The notes: generated from the sequence alone by a model not told the origin. Shown: positions 36,721-46,318, counted from the first letter of the stretch. The stretch is 64,000 nt of DNA from an uncultured Candidatus Saccharibacteria bacterium (GCA_964648765.1 CAZYLF010000002.1:3537-67536), one strand, 5' to 3'. A program made the numbers and translations.

Positions 36721-39053
36721 TATAGTTTTTTAGCTTTAATTCGGAGCGAGTTCGACACCACAGACACCGACGACATTGCCATAGCAAAGCCCGCGAATAC
36801 TGGATTCAAAAGCCAACCGAAGACCGGATACAATGCCCCTGCTGCAAGCGGAATACCCACAATGTTGTAGATGAAAGCCCAGAAAAGATTCTGTTTGATT
36901 CCACGCATGGTTATTTTCGAAAGCTTGATAGCTTTCACGAGCTTTGAAATATCTCCACCAAGGAGCGTAATACCGGCCGATTCTATCGCTACGTCAGTTC
37001 CGGTCCCCATGGCAATACCAACATCAGCCTGGGCGAGCGCAGGGGCATCGTTTACGCCATCACCTGCCATTGCAACCACTCGACCCTGTGATTGCAGCTC
37101 CTGAATCTTTTTCAATTTATCTTCAGGAAGCACGTGAGCAACTACATCATCGATGCCGACAAGAGATGCAATGTACTTAGCGGCCTTTTCATCATCCCCA
37201 GTAAGCATAACCACTTTAATACCGAGAGTGTGGAGATTCTTTACGGCCTCAACTGATTCAGCTTTTATTTCATCAGCAACCATAACAAAGCCGAGGACTT
37301 TCTCTTTGGTAGCTAGAATGACAGGTGTTTTTCCTTGAGAAGTAAACTCATTAAGTTTTGCGGTATCAAAAGGAATTTTGAGATCACTTACAAGTTTTGC
37401 GTTTCCAACAAAGTATTCGGTGCCATTGATCGAACCCTTGAGTCCTTTGCCTTGTATGCCTTCAAAATTTGAAATATCTGAAATAGAAATATTCTTTTCT
37501 TGTGCGTAGCTCACGATCGCATGTGCAATCGGATGTTCTGATCTCTTTTCTAGTGAAGCAAGAATCGAAACAAGTTCTTCGTCTTTAATATCAGAAAGAT
37601 TTTGTGTATCGACAAGAGTTGGCTTGCCCTTAGTAATGGTTCCTGTCTTATCAACCACAACTGTATTTACCTTATGGAGTTTCTCAAGTGTTGCCGCATC
37701 TTTGATAAGAATGCCTTCCTTGGCTCCTTTACCGACTCCAACAATGATCGCTGTGGGTGTAGCTAAGCCGAGAGCACATGGACATGCAATTACGAGAATG
37801 CCGACAAATGATACAAGGCCAAATGACAGTGCCTGTGAAAATCCTAGATATTGCGAGCCGAAGATAAGCCATGCGCCAAGTGTTAGAAATGCGATTACCA
37901 AAACAATAGGCACAAAGACTGATGAGATTTTATCTGCGAGTGCCTGAATCGGCGCTTTGCTACCCTGAGCATCTTCGACCATCTTAATTATCTGAGCGAG
38001 AAGCGTTTCGGACCCGACTTTTGTAGCTTTAAATGTAAATGAGCCACTTGTATTGATAGTTCCGGATACTACGCTGTCACCAATCTTTTTCTGGGCTGGC
38101 ATAGGCTCTCCTGTGACCATTGATTCATCGATGAACGAGCTACCTTCGGTGATAACACCGTCCACCGGAATCTTTGCGCCTGGTTTAACGATGATAAGAT
38201 CTCCATGTTTTACCTCATTTACCGAAATCTCCACTTCCTTTCCATCACGAATAACCAAGGCTGTTTTAGCTTGGAGATTGAGGAGTTTTTCTATAGCGTC
38301 ACCTGTCTTTATTTTCGATCGAGCTTCAAGATATTTACCGAGAGCAATAAAGGTAATGACCACAATCGTTACATCGTAATACTGATAGTCGACGTTTATA
38401 AATGGTCGCAGTGCTTCCTCAAAAGCGGTAACCGCAAAGCTGTATAAAAAGGCTGCTGTGGTTCCAATACCGATCAGCGTATCCATGTTTGCCTTGCCGT
38501 ATCGAAGGAATCTGTAAAAGCCAAGTAGGTATGGCTTGCCGACAACGAAGAGGATATATGTCGCTAATATTGGGAGAAGATGATGGATAAACTCTTTGAT
38601 GGTGTAACTCATTTCACCTACGACTCCGTATTGTGCAAGGATATCCCAACCCATAACCAGCGCAGCAAAGATAGCGATTGGAATTGCAGAAAGCAGCATT
38701 GTTCGCATACCTGCAACCTCCGCTAGTTTCTCTTTCTTTGATTGATTGAGTCCAAGGTGTGTAGCGTGCTCATCGGCAGACATGCCCATCTCTTCTGCCG
38801 ATTGACCACCATGATCATGCGACATCTCTTGTTGATCTAGAGCCAGGGAGTAACCGAGGGGTTCTATCTTCTTTGAAAGCTCTTGTGCACTCGTTTTTGA
38901 TTCATCAAAAGCTACTTTAGCCTTTTCGGTTCCATAGTTTACTTCAGCAGAGTGGACCCCTTCAGTCTTCTTGAAAGTCTTCTCGATAATACCAGCGCAA
39001 GAAGCGCAATGCATTCCTTTTACTCTGTAAGTTTTAGTTTGAGGATGATTCAT
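36720..39053 (-). CDS. copA: copper-translocating P1B-type ATPase
   Basis: GMHCASC, TGE, CPC, DKTGT, HP, GDGVND, YN and MAMSS motifs. Confidence 0.95.
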   Translation of the reverse strand: MNHPQTKTYRVKGMHCASCAGIIEKTFKKTEGVHSAEVNYGTEKAKVAFDESKTSAQELSKKIEPLGYSLALDQQEMSHDHGGQSAEEMGMSADEHATHLGLNQSKKEKLAEVAGMRTMLLSAIPIAIFAALVMGWDILAQYGVVGEMSYTIKEFIHHLLPILATYILFVVGKPYLLGFYRFLRYGKANMDTLIGIGTTAAFLYSFAVTAFEEALRPFINVDYQYYDVTIVVITFIALGKYLEARSKIKTGDAIEKLLNLQAKTALVIRDGKEVEISVNEVKHGDLIIVKPGAKIPVDGVITEGSSFIDESMVTGEPMPAQKKIGDSVVSGTINTSGSFTFKATKVGSETLLAQIIKMVEDAQGSKAPIQALADKISSVFVPIVLVIAFLTLGAWLIFGSQYLGFSQALSFGLVSFVGILVIACPCALGLATPTAIIVGVGKGAKEGILIKDAATLEKLHKVNTVVVDKTGTITKGKPTLVDTQNLSDIKDEELVSILASLEKRSEHPIAHAIVSYAQEKNISISDISNFEGIQGKGLKGSINGTEYFVGNAKLVSDLKIPFDTAKLNEFTSQGKTPVILATKEKVLGFVMVADEIKAESVEAVKNLHTLGIKVVMLTGDDEKAAKYIASLVGIDDVVAHVLPEDKLKKIQELQSQGRVVAMAGDGVNDAPALAQADVGIAMGTGTDVAIESAGITLLGGDISKLVKAIKLSKITMRGIKQNLFWAFIYNIVGIPLAAGALYPVFGWLLNPVFAGFAMAMSSVSVVSNSLRIKAKKL

Positions 39054-39057
39054 ATTT

Positions 39058-39324
39058 TTATTTGCGCTTAAGCTTATAAACCTTAAGGATTTCATCGACA
39101 GCCTTCTTTTCACTGCCATGCTTCATTTGATGAACAACGTGTGTTGAAAGATGGTTCTCAAGAACCAAGTCCTCAATGCCGGTGAGTGCCTCTTTAATGG
39201 CGGACACTTGGGTGATAATGTCGATACAATATTTTTCCTCCTCAACCATCTTTTGCAAACCTCTGATTTGTCCCTCAGTAATTTTTAATCGGCGAATAGC
39301 TTTTGTTTTGATATCTTGTCTCAT
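39058..39324 (-). CDS. csoR: CsoR/RcnR family metal-sensing repressor
   Basis: RL..EGQ.RG..KM.EE..YC.DI..Q; NHLSTH. Confidence 0.88.
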   Translation of the reverse strand: MRQDIKTKAIRRLKITEGQIRGLQKMVEEEKYCIDIITQVSAIKEALTGIEDLVLENHLSTHVVHQMKHGSEKKAVDEILKVYKLKRK

Positions 39325-39332
39325 ATACATAC

Positions 39333-39361
39333 ATAATACCCCCTAGGGGTATAGGAGTCAA
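39333..39361 (-). promoter_or_regulatory. cop operon promoter with CsoR operator
   Basis: TTGACT-N17-TATTAT with palindrome ATACCCC-CTA-GGGGTAT (39336-39352) between the boxes. Confidence 0.85.
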
Positions 39362-39719
39362 TCGCAAGATATCAACATTTTTTAAACCAGAGCCAGCTGT
39401 TCGCTTGTTGGCCGGACCAAAGGATAGATCCCATCCTTCAAATTAGGGATGTAATGGTAGTTACTTGTGGTCCTGAAATAGGTAGTTATTTCATCAACAA
39501 CGCGGAGCAAAATTAAGCGCCCATTGAGGGCGTTTTAATTTTGCGAACGGCGGAGCAATAAAGATTAGACACTGTGTTTTACCTTTTAAATTGAGTCTTT
39601 TTATGGTTATTGACAAGTATAGTAACTTCGTGTATAATGCGACACAGAGCATAAGGTTATCTTGGGTATAACCCCCAAACCTACGTTCATTCACAAAACT
39701 TTAAATAGGGAGGTCAGAG

Positions 39720-40184
39720 ATGAGATTACCTGATGAGAATCGCTCTATCGCACTTGGTACGTTGTTCCAATTACCCATGATAGGCATCTACCTCACAATC
39801 ATCTATCTATACGAACCACTAGTTAAGGTGTCGCCGTGGATCTGGTTGTCTCACGCAGGTTTTGTCCTTTTTTGCTACTGTCTCGTACACTTGTATGTAA
39901 TGAGGAAAAGAGACAATCAGCTGATAGTAACAGGACCTTTTCGGTACACCAGGCACCCTATGTACACTGGCATAATGCTGATGAATTTGCAGTTCTGGTT
40001 ACCCTTCCCCGTCTCGTTCGCACCGTCGTTCATTTTTATTCAACTTGCTTTTGTTGGTTGCCTTATTATGGCGGCCTACTTCCAAGAGAAGGAAACGGTC
40101 GCGAGATTTGGTAAGATAGCGGAAGAATATTATGAAAGAACTCCTCGGTTGTTCTTTCTCTATCCGCTAATCCGAACTGGATGA
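39720..40184 (+). CDS. isoprenylcysteine carboxyl methyltransferase/PEMT family membrane protein
   Basis: LIVTGPFRYTRHPMYTG..EKE...FG...EY...TPR. Confidence 0.85.
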   Translation: MRLPDENRSIALGTLFQLPMIGIYLTIIYLYEPLVKVSPWIWLSHAGFVLFCYCLVHLYVMRKRDNQLIVTGPFRYTRHPMYTGIMLMNLQFWLPFPVSFAPSFIFIQLAFVGCLIMAAYFQEKETVARFGKIAEEYYERTPRLFFLYPLIRTG

Positions 40185-40349
40185 TACTACAGCCGCCCCA
40201 GCGAAAAGTCGCTCCCGGGCGGCTTTTCTTTTTAATAATTTTCTCCGACAAATTGAGAGCTAATCATTTTCTTTACCTCCATCCAACTCTGTGCTAGTTA
40301 TTTAGTCAGATGTTTGGACACAATAACGACATTTAAAAAGGAGCCCAAC

Positions 40350-40697
40350 ATGTCGAATCCAAGAGGAGGAAGTCCAATAAATCCGCACTTCTTCAACACA
40401 CCAGAAAATGAGCAAGTGGTCAGCAGAAAAGTTTGGACGGAAGACGAAATTCTTAAAATATGGGAGCAATCAGCTGGAGAATTACGCGGTTTCCAGGCCC
40501 ACCTTCAACCAAAATCTCCAATCACTGCCAGCCAACTTGGTTTAGCCCTACAACTGGCAAACGCTGAATTCGAACGATTACGGGATAGCCGAGCTAATCA
40601 TTCAAGTGGTCGTCGGTGTGAAAATTGTAGTGCCCCTCTCCCTTCAGGACACACGGCCATTTACTGCTCGAATGAATGTGCACATGACGATGCCTAA
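40350..40697 (+). CDS. hypothetical protein with C-terminal treble-clef-like Zn finger
   Basis: CENC..YCSNEC; AAGGAG SD. Confidence 0.65.
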   Translation: MSNPRGGSPINPHFFNTPENEQVVSRKVWTEDEILKIWEQSAGELRGFQAHLQPKSPITASQLGLALQLANAEFERLRDSRANHSSGRRCENCSAPLPSGHTAIYCSNECAHDDA

Positions 40698-40800
40698 TCC
40701 TTACCCCTGCCCCAGAGATCACATCAAAGGGGCTTTTTTCTTTAGTTGACGCAGATTAAGAATTTGCTAAGATGTTGAGGTAACGTTCTTTGACAACAGA

Positions 40801-40907
40801 ATATATATCAAGAGTGAGCTGAGGGAATGGCCCGATGAAGCTCCGACAACCTGCCCCATAATCTGTGGGCAAGGTGCCAAATCCAACCCCTGCGGGAAGA
40901 TATCTAT
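40801..40907 (+). promoter_or_regulatory. SAM-I (S-box) riboswitch
   Basis: ATCAAGAG, GAGGGA..GGCCCGATGAAG, CAACC..GGTGCCAAATCC, GAT; P1 ATATATATC/GATATCTAT. Confidence 0.88.
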
Positions 40908-40927
40908 CTGTTTAAAGTAATTCAATA

Positions 40928-40969
40928 GAAACAACACCGCACTCGCGGTGTTGTTTCGTGTTTATCTTT
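40928..40969 (+). terminator. riboswitch expression-platform hairpin
   Basis: 13-bp stem GAAACAACACCGC-ACTC-GCGGTGTTGTTTC followed by a T-rich tract before the SD. Confidence 0.65.
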
Positions 40970-40983
40970 AATAAGGAGAGAAA

Positions 40984-41640
40984 ATGGAAGATCTAAACCT
41001 CGATGAGAGAAAAAATGACTTGCTTGGCGAGCTTGATTATTTAAACTCTTTTATCGGTCTGGCAAAATCTTTTATCACAGAAAGTAGGACCAAGAAAATG
41101 TTGACTGACATTCAAAATGACATCTTTATCATCCAAGCCAACGTCGCCAGCCCAACCAACGTAAGATACTTACCGGAAAATATTGGTCGTCAACGTATCA
41201 TTGATATTCAAAAAGAAACCTTTTACATCGAAAAGGGCCTTAGGAATATCAACCACTTCATCATTCCTGAAGGTACTACTGCGGCCTCAGCTGTTAATTG
41301 TGTCAGGACAATCGCTAGAAAGGTTGAAAGAAAAATTGTTGGCTACCTTAAGCAACCGAGCACCTTATCTATGTACCTTGATCAAGTCGCCTGCTTGATG
41401 TTTGCTCTGAGTCGCCAGATTAACCAAAAACAGGGCATTCAAGAAAAGGCTCCGAGTTATTTTGTTTCTAGAAACCTTAAGTCAAACAAAGGAGATCGTC
41501 ATGGACAGAAAAGAAATGGGTCTAAAGAATCTGCAAAAATGCGCGCAAAAAATGGAAGAGGTCAAAAAGCAGGCCGATCAAAGGAGAGAAGAAGAATTTC
41601 GTCTCCGAGAAGCCGAACGCCAAGAAACCGAAAAAAATAG
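40984..41640 (+). CDS. divergent PduO/MMAB-type ATP:cob(I)alamin adenosyltransferase homolog
   Basis: GELDYLNSFIGLA, IQNDIF, FIIPEG, RTIARKVER; lacks the N-terminal TGD motif; NRLSD replaced by DQVAC. Confidence 0.8.
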   Translation: MEDLNLDERKNDLLGELDYLNSFIGLAKSFITESRTKKMLTDIQNDIFIIQANVASPTNVRYLPENIGRQRIIDIQKETFYIEKGLRNINHFIIPEGTTAASAVNCVRTIARKVERKIVGYLKQPSTLSMYLDQVACLMFALSRQINQKQGIQEKAPSYFVSRNLKSNKGDRHGQKRNGSKESAKMRAKNGRGQKAGRSKERRRISSPRSRTPRNRKK

Positions 41641-42028
41641 ACGAGAGTGGTTGCGCCAAAATGAAATTCCTGCCAGGGAAGCCGCAACCACCATCTGGCG
41701 GTGGTACAAAGACCTTATTGTTCTACCGGAGTTTCAGAAAATCACGACGTCGATGAAAAAGATTAATCACGCATGGTTGGCTGTCTCTCGAGAGATCAAG
41801 GTCAGTAACATTGCTGGTTACGGAAGTTTTTTTGAAGGAACCTACCTCTTTACTCTTGATATCCGAGAAAATAAATTGCACATACACAGACTGGTAAAAT
41901 ACGGCAAAAGCAAGATGATAGATACGATGGAGGATCTTCTCCGTTTGGTGCCAATCCCCATCCTGATTGAGTTTGCCAAGACCATAACTGATGACAGCAT
42001 TTGGGACGTTATCAATTTTGAGACTTGA
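41501..42028 (+). CDS. hypothetical protein
   Basis: AAGGAG SD before ATG 41501; terminator downstream. Confidence 0.65.
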   Translation: MDRKEMGLKNLQKCAQKMEEVKKQADQRREEEFRLREAERQETEKNRREWLRQNEIPAREAATTIWRWYKDLIVLPEFQKITTSMKKINHAWLAVSREIKVSNIAGYGSFFEGTYLFTLDIRENKLHIHRLVKYGKSKMIDTMEDLLRLVPIPILIEFAKTITDDSIWDVINFET

Positions 42029-42182
42029 CCCCATCGGAACAACCGCGTCAGAAGTAGGCCTCCAAGCCTGCCTCTGACGCGGTTTTTTATTTCAAATCCA
42101 GTGCGTAGATATAGCTGCCTTACTCTCGTTAGGGTAAAAACGCCGGAGCCAAACCAAAAATAAATCATGATATAATTCAGGC

Positions 42183-42455
42183 ATGATAAAAGATCCGCTA
42201 CATGAGATAGAGAATGCCACAATGAGGGCGAATCATTTTATGAGAGACAAAACTCGGAGTGTGTTTAGTCGGTACCCAGTGATCTTCTCCTTCTTAGTCC
42301 TGTTTGGAGTGATGTCTGTTTTGCACGGCTTTGATGAGGTTATTTTTAAAATCCCACTACTGCAAAATCACCCGATAATCGTTTTCATAATTGGCCTCTT
42401 TATTTTAATCTTTACTGGCACCTTATATAAACGTCTCCAAAAAAGGATTGATTAA
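42183..42455 (+). CDS. 2-TM membrane protein
   Basis: TGATATAAT-N6-ATG leaderless-type start. Confidence 0.7.
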   Translation: MIKDPLHEIENATMRANHFMRDKTRSVFSRYPVIFSFLVLFGVMSVLHGFDEVIFKIPLLQNHPIIVFIIGLFILIFTGTLYKRLQKRID

Positions 42456-42466
42456 GCCGAAAATAT

Positions 42467-43006
42467 TTAATCGGCCTTAAGAATAATCTTTGCCACTTCG
42501 CGGGCTATTGTTTCCGGTGTCTTGTTGTCTGTATCTACGATCGGTAAATTATATCGTTCAAAAACTTTGCGGAGTTCGGGTAAAAACGAAACGCACTGCT
42601 CCACAAACTCATCAAGTGAGACTCCCGCGGCTCTCTCAATTTCCTTCCGGCTTTCAGGGGTCACATGCCGGCCGTATAGACGCTTTTTTAAAGCATCCAC
42701 AGACGCATCCAATAATATAATTTGCGCTGGAACATCTTTGTCTGGATTATGAATCTTTTTAAATTGCTCTGGATTCGTAAAGCCAGTTATAACAGTATTT
42801 TTGCCAGTTAGCGCATTTAAATTTGCTATATCAATCCAATGTCGCGTCTCGGCATCGAGCCACACTTGTCCCCCACCATCGGGCACACCCCTTTCATCAA
42901 TGTCGCGAACTTCATACTCGTCTGCTGGTAATATTTTTTTAAGATGTTCAAGAATTGATGTTTTACCCACACCAGAACTTCCTGAAATAAAATAGATTTT
43001 AATCAT
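42467..43006 (-). CDS. P-loop nucleoside/nucleotide kinase-like protein
   Basis: GSSGVGKT; RL..R lid; VDT..KTPE. Confidence 0.8.
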   Translation of the reverse strand: MIKIYFISGSSGVGKTSILEHLKKILPADEYEVRDIDERGVPDGGGQVWLDAETRHWIDIANLNALTGKNTVITGFTNPEQFKKIHNPDKDVPAQIILLDASVDALKKRLYGRHVTPESRKEIERAAGVSLDEFVEQCVSFLPELRKVFERYNLPIVDTDNKTPETIAREVAKIILKAD

Positions 43007-43019
43007 ATTGGTTTAATTA

Positions 43020-43241
43020 TTACCGATGCCCGCAACCCGCCCAGCAGCAGGGTCGGCGCATTCCGCCAGCAAGCTTGGAGAGTGCCTTCTCAATTCGGAT
43101 CAGCCTAGTCTCGGCTTTTTTACCGGAAGTGACCCAACAGATCCACTCATTACGCGCGAGCGGTGTGATATCCTCCCACACCACTAGAGCTCTTGGGGTT
43201 TCCGTTATGGCCTTTCGGAAATCCTCTGGTAATTTATGCAT
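43020..43241 (-). CDS. YdeI/OmpD-associated family protein
   Basis: TPLARNEWICWV..KK.ETR..R..RRPCCWAGC. Confidence 0.85.
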   Translation of the reverse strand: MHKLPEDFRKAITETPRALVVWEDITPLARNEWICWVTSGKKAETRLIRIEKALSKLAGGMRRPCCWAGCGHR

Positions 43242-43380
43242 AACTCTATTTTATCATTAAAACAGCTTTACAGATCAGAAAAAAAGTTCCGGTAGCTCAT
43301 TTGACAAAGACGGAGTAAATATGCTAGTTAAATAGTGGTGTTTTTGGGATTCGATGTTCTTTTCACAGAAAGAGGAAAAA

Positions 43381-44139
43381 ATGAAGAAGGAATTGTGGTC
43401 ACGGTTGCAGGGTTATCAGTTTGAAAATTTGGTCTCACCCAGTCTGCTGGATCAGATCAAGAGTGTCTTTGTTGGGTCAAATCCATCAATGAAGGCATTT
43501 GCAGGGAAACTCTCTCGCAAGCTGGGCTGGACCACCTCTTTTGCCATGAGAGCAATCGAGGAGTACAAGAGGTTTGTCTATCTTGGTATTGTAAGTGATT
43601 CTGGTGTTACTCCGTCAAGAATAATTGATCAAGTCTGGCACGAGCATCAACTTTTTACTCGGGCATATCGAGAGTTTTGTAATGACGTACTCCGTAAAAA
43701 TTTTGATCACTTTCCGGAACTAGTTCCGATTGATGAACAAACGAGTGCCTTCCAAGATCAATACACCGAGACAGTTGCCCTTTACCAGCGTGAGTTCAAC
43801 TCTGCACCACCGGCCGACATATGGGCAACAACCAAGTTTAAAACTGAAAAGAAAGTAGGGGTTGTTAAACGCTCAACTGCGGTTACACAACCTGCACCTT
43901 CTTCACCCCATGATTCATGCGGATCAGATGATCTGCCGCTGCACATGCTTTGGCATGACACAAATCATCACTCTCGAAGTAGTCATACAGACTATAACGA
44001 GCCGATAGGCAATCACGTTCCTGATCACTCGCCTACCCACGACTCTCATCATAGTGATGTGGGGAGTGACAGTGGAAGCAGTGGTGATAGTGGTGGGGGC
44101 AGTTCCTGTTCTTCAAGCTGTGGCGGCGGAGGAGATTAG
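43381..44139 (+). CDS. glycine-rich-domain (GRDP-like) protein
   Basis: AIEEYKRF..TPS..IDQVWHEH.L.TR.Y..FC; SSCSSSCGGGG tail. Confidence 0.8.
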   Translation: MKKELWSRLQGYQFENLVSPSLLDQIKSVFVGSNPSMKAFAGKLSRKLGWTTSFAMRAIEEYKRFVYLGIVSDSGVTPSRIIDQVWHEHQLFTRAYREFCNDVLRKNFDHFPELVPIDEQTSAFQDQYTETVALYQREFNSAPPADIWATTKFKTEKKVGVVKRSTAVTQPAPSSPHDSCGSDDLPLHMLWHDTNHHSRSSHTDYNEPIGNHVPDHSPTHDSHHSDVGSDSGSSGDSGGGSSCSSSCGGGGD

Positions 44140-44334
44140 CTAGATTCTAGACCTTTTTAGTAACTATTAGCACCGAGAGAATTATCTCTCGGTGCTTTTT
44201 ATTTAAACTAAAGAATTGACAAAAAAGTTGTTCTGTGCTAGTAAATAGGTAGTCCAAAAAGTCATCAGACAAATCGTTCTGATGTGGTATCCGTGCCATC
44301 CACGGACCTGAACCAGTTAACGGCAGGAGGAAGA

Positions 44335-44880
44335 ATGTACATTGTTAAGACGTTAAAGAATGGTGTGCGAGTGTGGATCATCGTTCGTCGAAAGACCAAG
44401 GAACGTTTGCGGACCAAATGTTTCCGCGGCCTCGCTCAGCCGCTGGCGGGCAACTTCTCGCACTGGGAATCAGCTGAGGGACTGTTTAATGACCCCGAAA
44501 TGATGAAGCAGTTCTTGGCTGAACTCAGCGAGGTGTGGTCCGATCAAGACTTCAGCACTCACAGCGTTAGCCTGGTGCACACCACGCCTGTTGGATGGGA
44601 AAGTTCAGCTCCGCTTGAAAGCTATGCGCCAGAGGATCTCGAACGGTTTAAACCAAACCGCAAGAGTTCGGGTCTGCGAGTGAAGCCTACTCGCATTGAC
44701 CTGCTGGCCCCACAAACAAATGAGCTCACGATTGTGTATGAGTTCAAACCGGAAGATGGTCAAGCTGTCGCCATCATCCATTCCATTTACCCCGGCCGTG
44801 ATATTGGTAATTTGGATGGTGATGTGACCAACCGAGAGAAGCGGATCTTCTTTGACTGGAATCATCCCGGGAAACCCTGA
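44335..44880 (+). CDS. hypothetical protein
   Basis: AGGAGG SD; C-terminal SIYPG..FFDWNHPG. Confidence 0.65.
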   Translation: MYIVKTLKNGVRVWIIVRRKTKERLRTKCFRGLAQPLAGNFSHWESAEGLFNDPEMMKQFLAELSEVWSDQDFSTHSVSLVHTTPVGWESSAPLESYAPEDLERFKPNRKSSGLRVKPTRIDLLAPQTNELTIVYEFKPEDGQAVAIIHSIYPGRDIGNLDGDVTNREKRIFFDWNHPGKP

Positions 44881-44907
44881 CAAAAAAGAAAGAAAGGATG
44901 GTAGAAA

Positions 44908-45219
44908 ATGCCAAGAAAGAAGGTACCCGAAACTCTTGGGAAACGTATCTTGATGGGGCTTTTCCATGGAGGATGTCGCACTTGGGAGGATCGCATGGTA
45001 TTACGGAATGAGGCGATAAGCCTTTATTTTAAAACCAGGGCGGTCAGGATGGACGATAAAGAGATCGTCTACGAGCCTGATGATTCAGAGGCTGTGGAGG
45101 CTCATAAGTGGTACGGTGGTCTACTGAATGTTATACGGCGAGCATCTGGTGAATTTAATGCGGAAGTAGACGCAGCCCAAAGATATCTAGAGACCAAACC
45201 AGAGACCGCCACTGTATAA
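44908..45219 (+). CDS. hypothetical protein
   Basis: AAGGA SD; terminator downstream. Confidence 0.6.
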   Translation: MPRKKVPETLGKRILMGLFHGGCRTWEDRMVLRNEAISLYFKTRAVRMDDKEIVYEPDDSEAVEAHKWYGGLLNVIRRASGEFNAEVDAAQRYLETKPETATV

Positions 45220-45312
45220 TTTATTTTCCAAACCACAGTAAAACAAAGCCCCGCAAATCATCGCGGGGCTTTTTCTTTTTCTAAAATCCCATAAAAATGC
45301 TAGAATCAAAAT

Positions 45313-45588
45313 ATGAATAAAAAAATAATTTATATTGTCATCATTTTAATAGTAATTATTGGCGGTTATTTTATTTCCAAACAAAAAGCGGTGGAACCGC
45401 CCACCGACTCCGACTCGCAATCCAAACTCAACATTAATGTGGTCTGCGAGAGCGCGCTGGCTTACATGACCTTCCCCGATCAAGTTAGCGCCGACAAATT
45501 TGTGGAAGAATGCAAAAATGGAGAACACCCTGACGTGATCGAACGCTACAAAGCCGACATGAATCTCGGCGATGGCGCTGCGATTTAA
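45313..45588 (+). CDS. small exported protein with a Cys pair
   Basis: TM anchor; VCESALAYMTF..C..G.HP; leaderless-type start. Confidence 0.7.
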   Translation: MNKKIIYIVIILIVIIGGYFISKQKAVEPPTDSDSQSKLNINVVCESALAYMTFPDQVSADKFVEECKNGEHPDVIERYKADMNLGDGAAI

Positions 45589-45701
45589 AACGGCACTAGT
45601 TTGACAAAAAAGTAAATATTCATATAGTTACTTTAGATGAGATCTGCGATGAAATGTAAGTAATCGCCACATGCTGTTTTGATAAAATAAGGAAGTGAAA
45701 A

Positions 45702-45932
45702 ATGACCAAAGAAAAGTACCCACCAATTTCTCCTGGAACAAAGGTGAGGACTACCCAAGAGAACCCTTCTTCCATTAACCAGTGGACCAACGAAGGCCGC
45801 GCCAAGAAAAAATGGGGTATTCGAGGGAACGTCCTCGCTCATCACGACTCACATGGCCTGTGTTATGACGTACAACATGAAGACGGAACAAAGGGCTGTT
45901 ACGATCCCGCTGAACTGGCAGTTATACCATAA
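45702..45932 (+). CDS. small SH3/KOW-like protein
   Basis: PGTKVRT..G.V..HDSHGLCYDV.H.DG..YDP.EL. Confidence 0.65.
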   Translation: MTKEKYPPISPGTKVRTTQENPSSINQWTNEGRAKKKWGIRGNVLAHHDSHGLCYDVQHEDGTKGCYDPAELAVIP

Positions 45933-46012
45933 CCACCACCCACCGAAAGCCACACGGCTCTGGTCGGGTGGTTTTCTTTTTCTAAAATCCCCTAAAATGC
46001 TATAATCAGCAT

Positions 46013-46318
46013 ATGCAAAACAAATCAATTAAGAATGCCATATTCGCGGCGGTTTATATTGCCGTGGTGGCAACAGTGATGTTTTATGGACCAAAATTAG
46101 CTGGCAAAGAGAACACTCCCGACACACTCCTCGCCCCTATCGCCATGATCTCCCTCCTCACGCTCTCCGTGGCTGTGATGGGTTATCTCTTCTTCTGGAC
46201 CCCGTTCGAACTTTACCAAAGTGGTGATAAATTGGGCGCCGTCAAAACCTTACTCCACACTATCGCTACATTTGGAGTTATCACCGTCATCTTTTTGGCG
46301 TTGCTGATTTTGATTTAA
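46013..46318 (+). CDS. 3-TM membrane protein
   Basis: TGCTATAAT-N6-ATG; LSVAVMGYLFF..P. Confidence 0.75.
   Translation: MQNKSIKNAIFAAVYIAVVATVMFYGPKLAGKENTPDTLLAPIAMISLLTLSVAVMGYLFFWTPFELYQSGDKLGAVKTLLHTIATFGVITVIFLALLILI

Larger units (their letters stand above)
21734..39394. mobile_element. large-serine-recombinase genomic island at tRNA-Asn 3' end (right boundary about 39394, alternatively 42150)
   Basis: Recombinase abuts the tRNA; defence and metal-resistance cargo; tRNA-end-like sequences at 39387-39395 and 42141-42151. Confidence 0.7.

Noticed and set aside
21734-39394. Prophage or conjugative element
   Set aside because: No capsid, terminase, tail, relaxase or T4SS genes visible
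41460-41640. Basic C-terminal tail of the PduO-like ORF as a real domain
   Set aside because: Overlaps the SD-led gene starting at 41501; probably read-through after a lost stop
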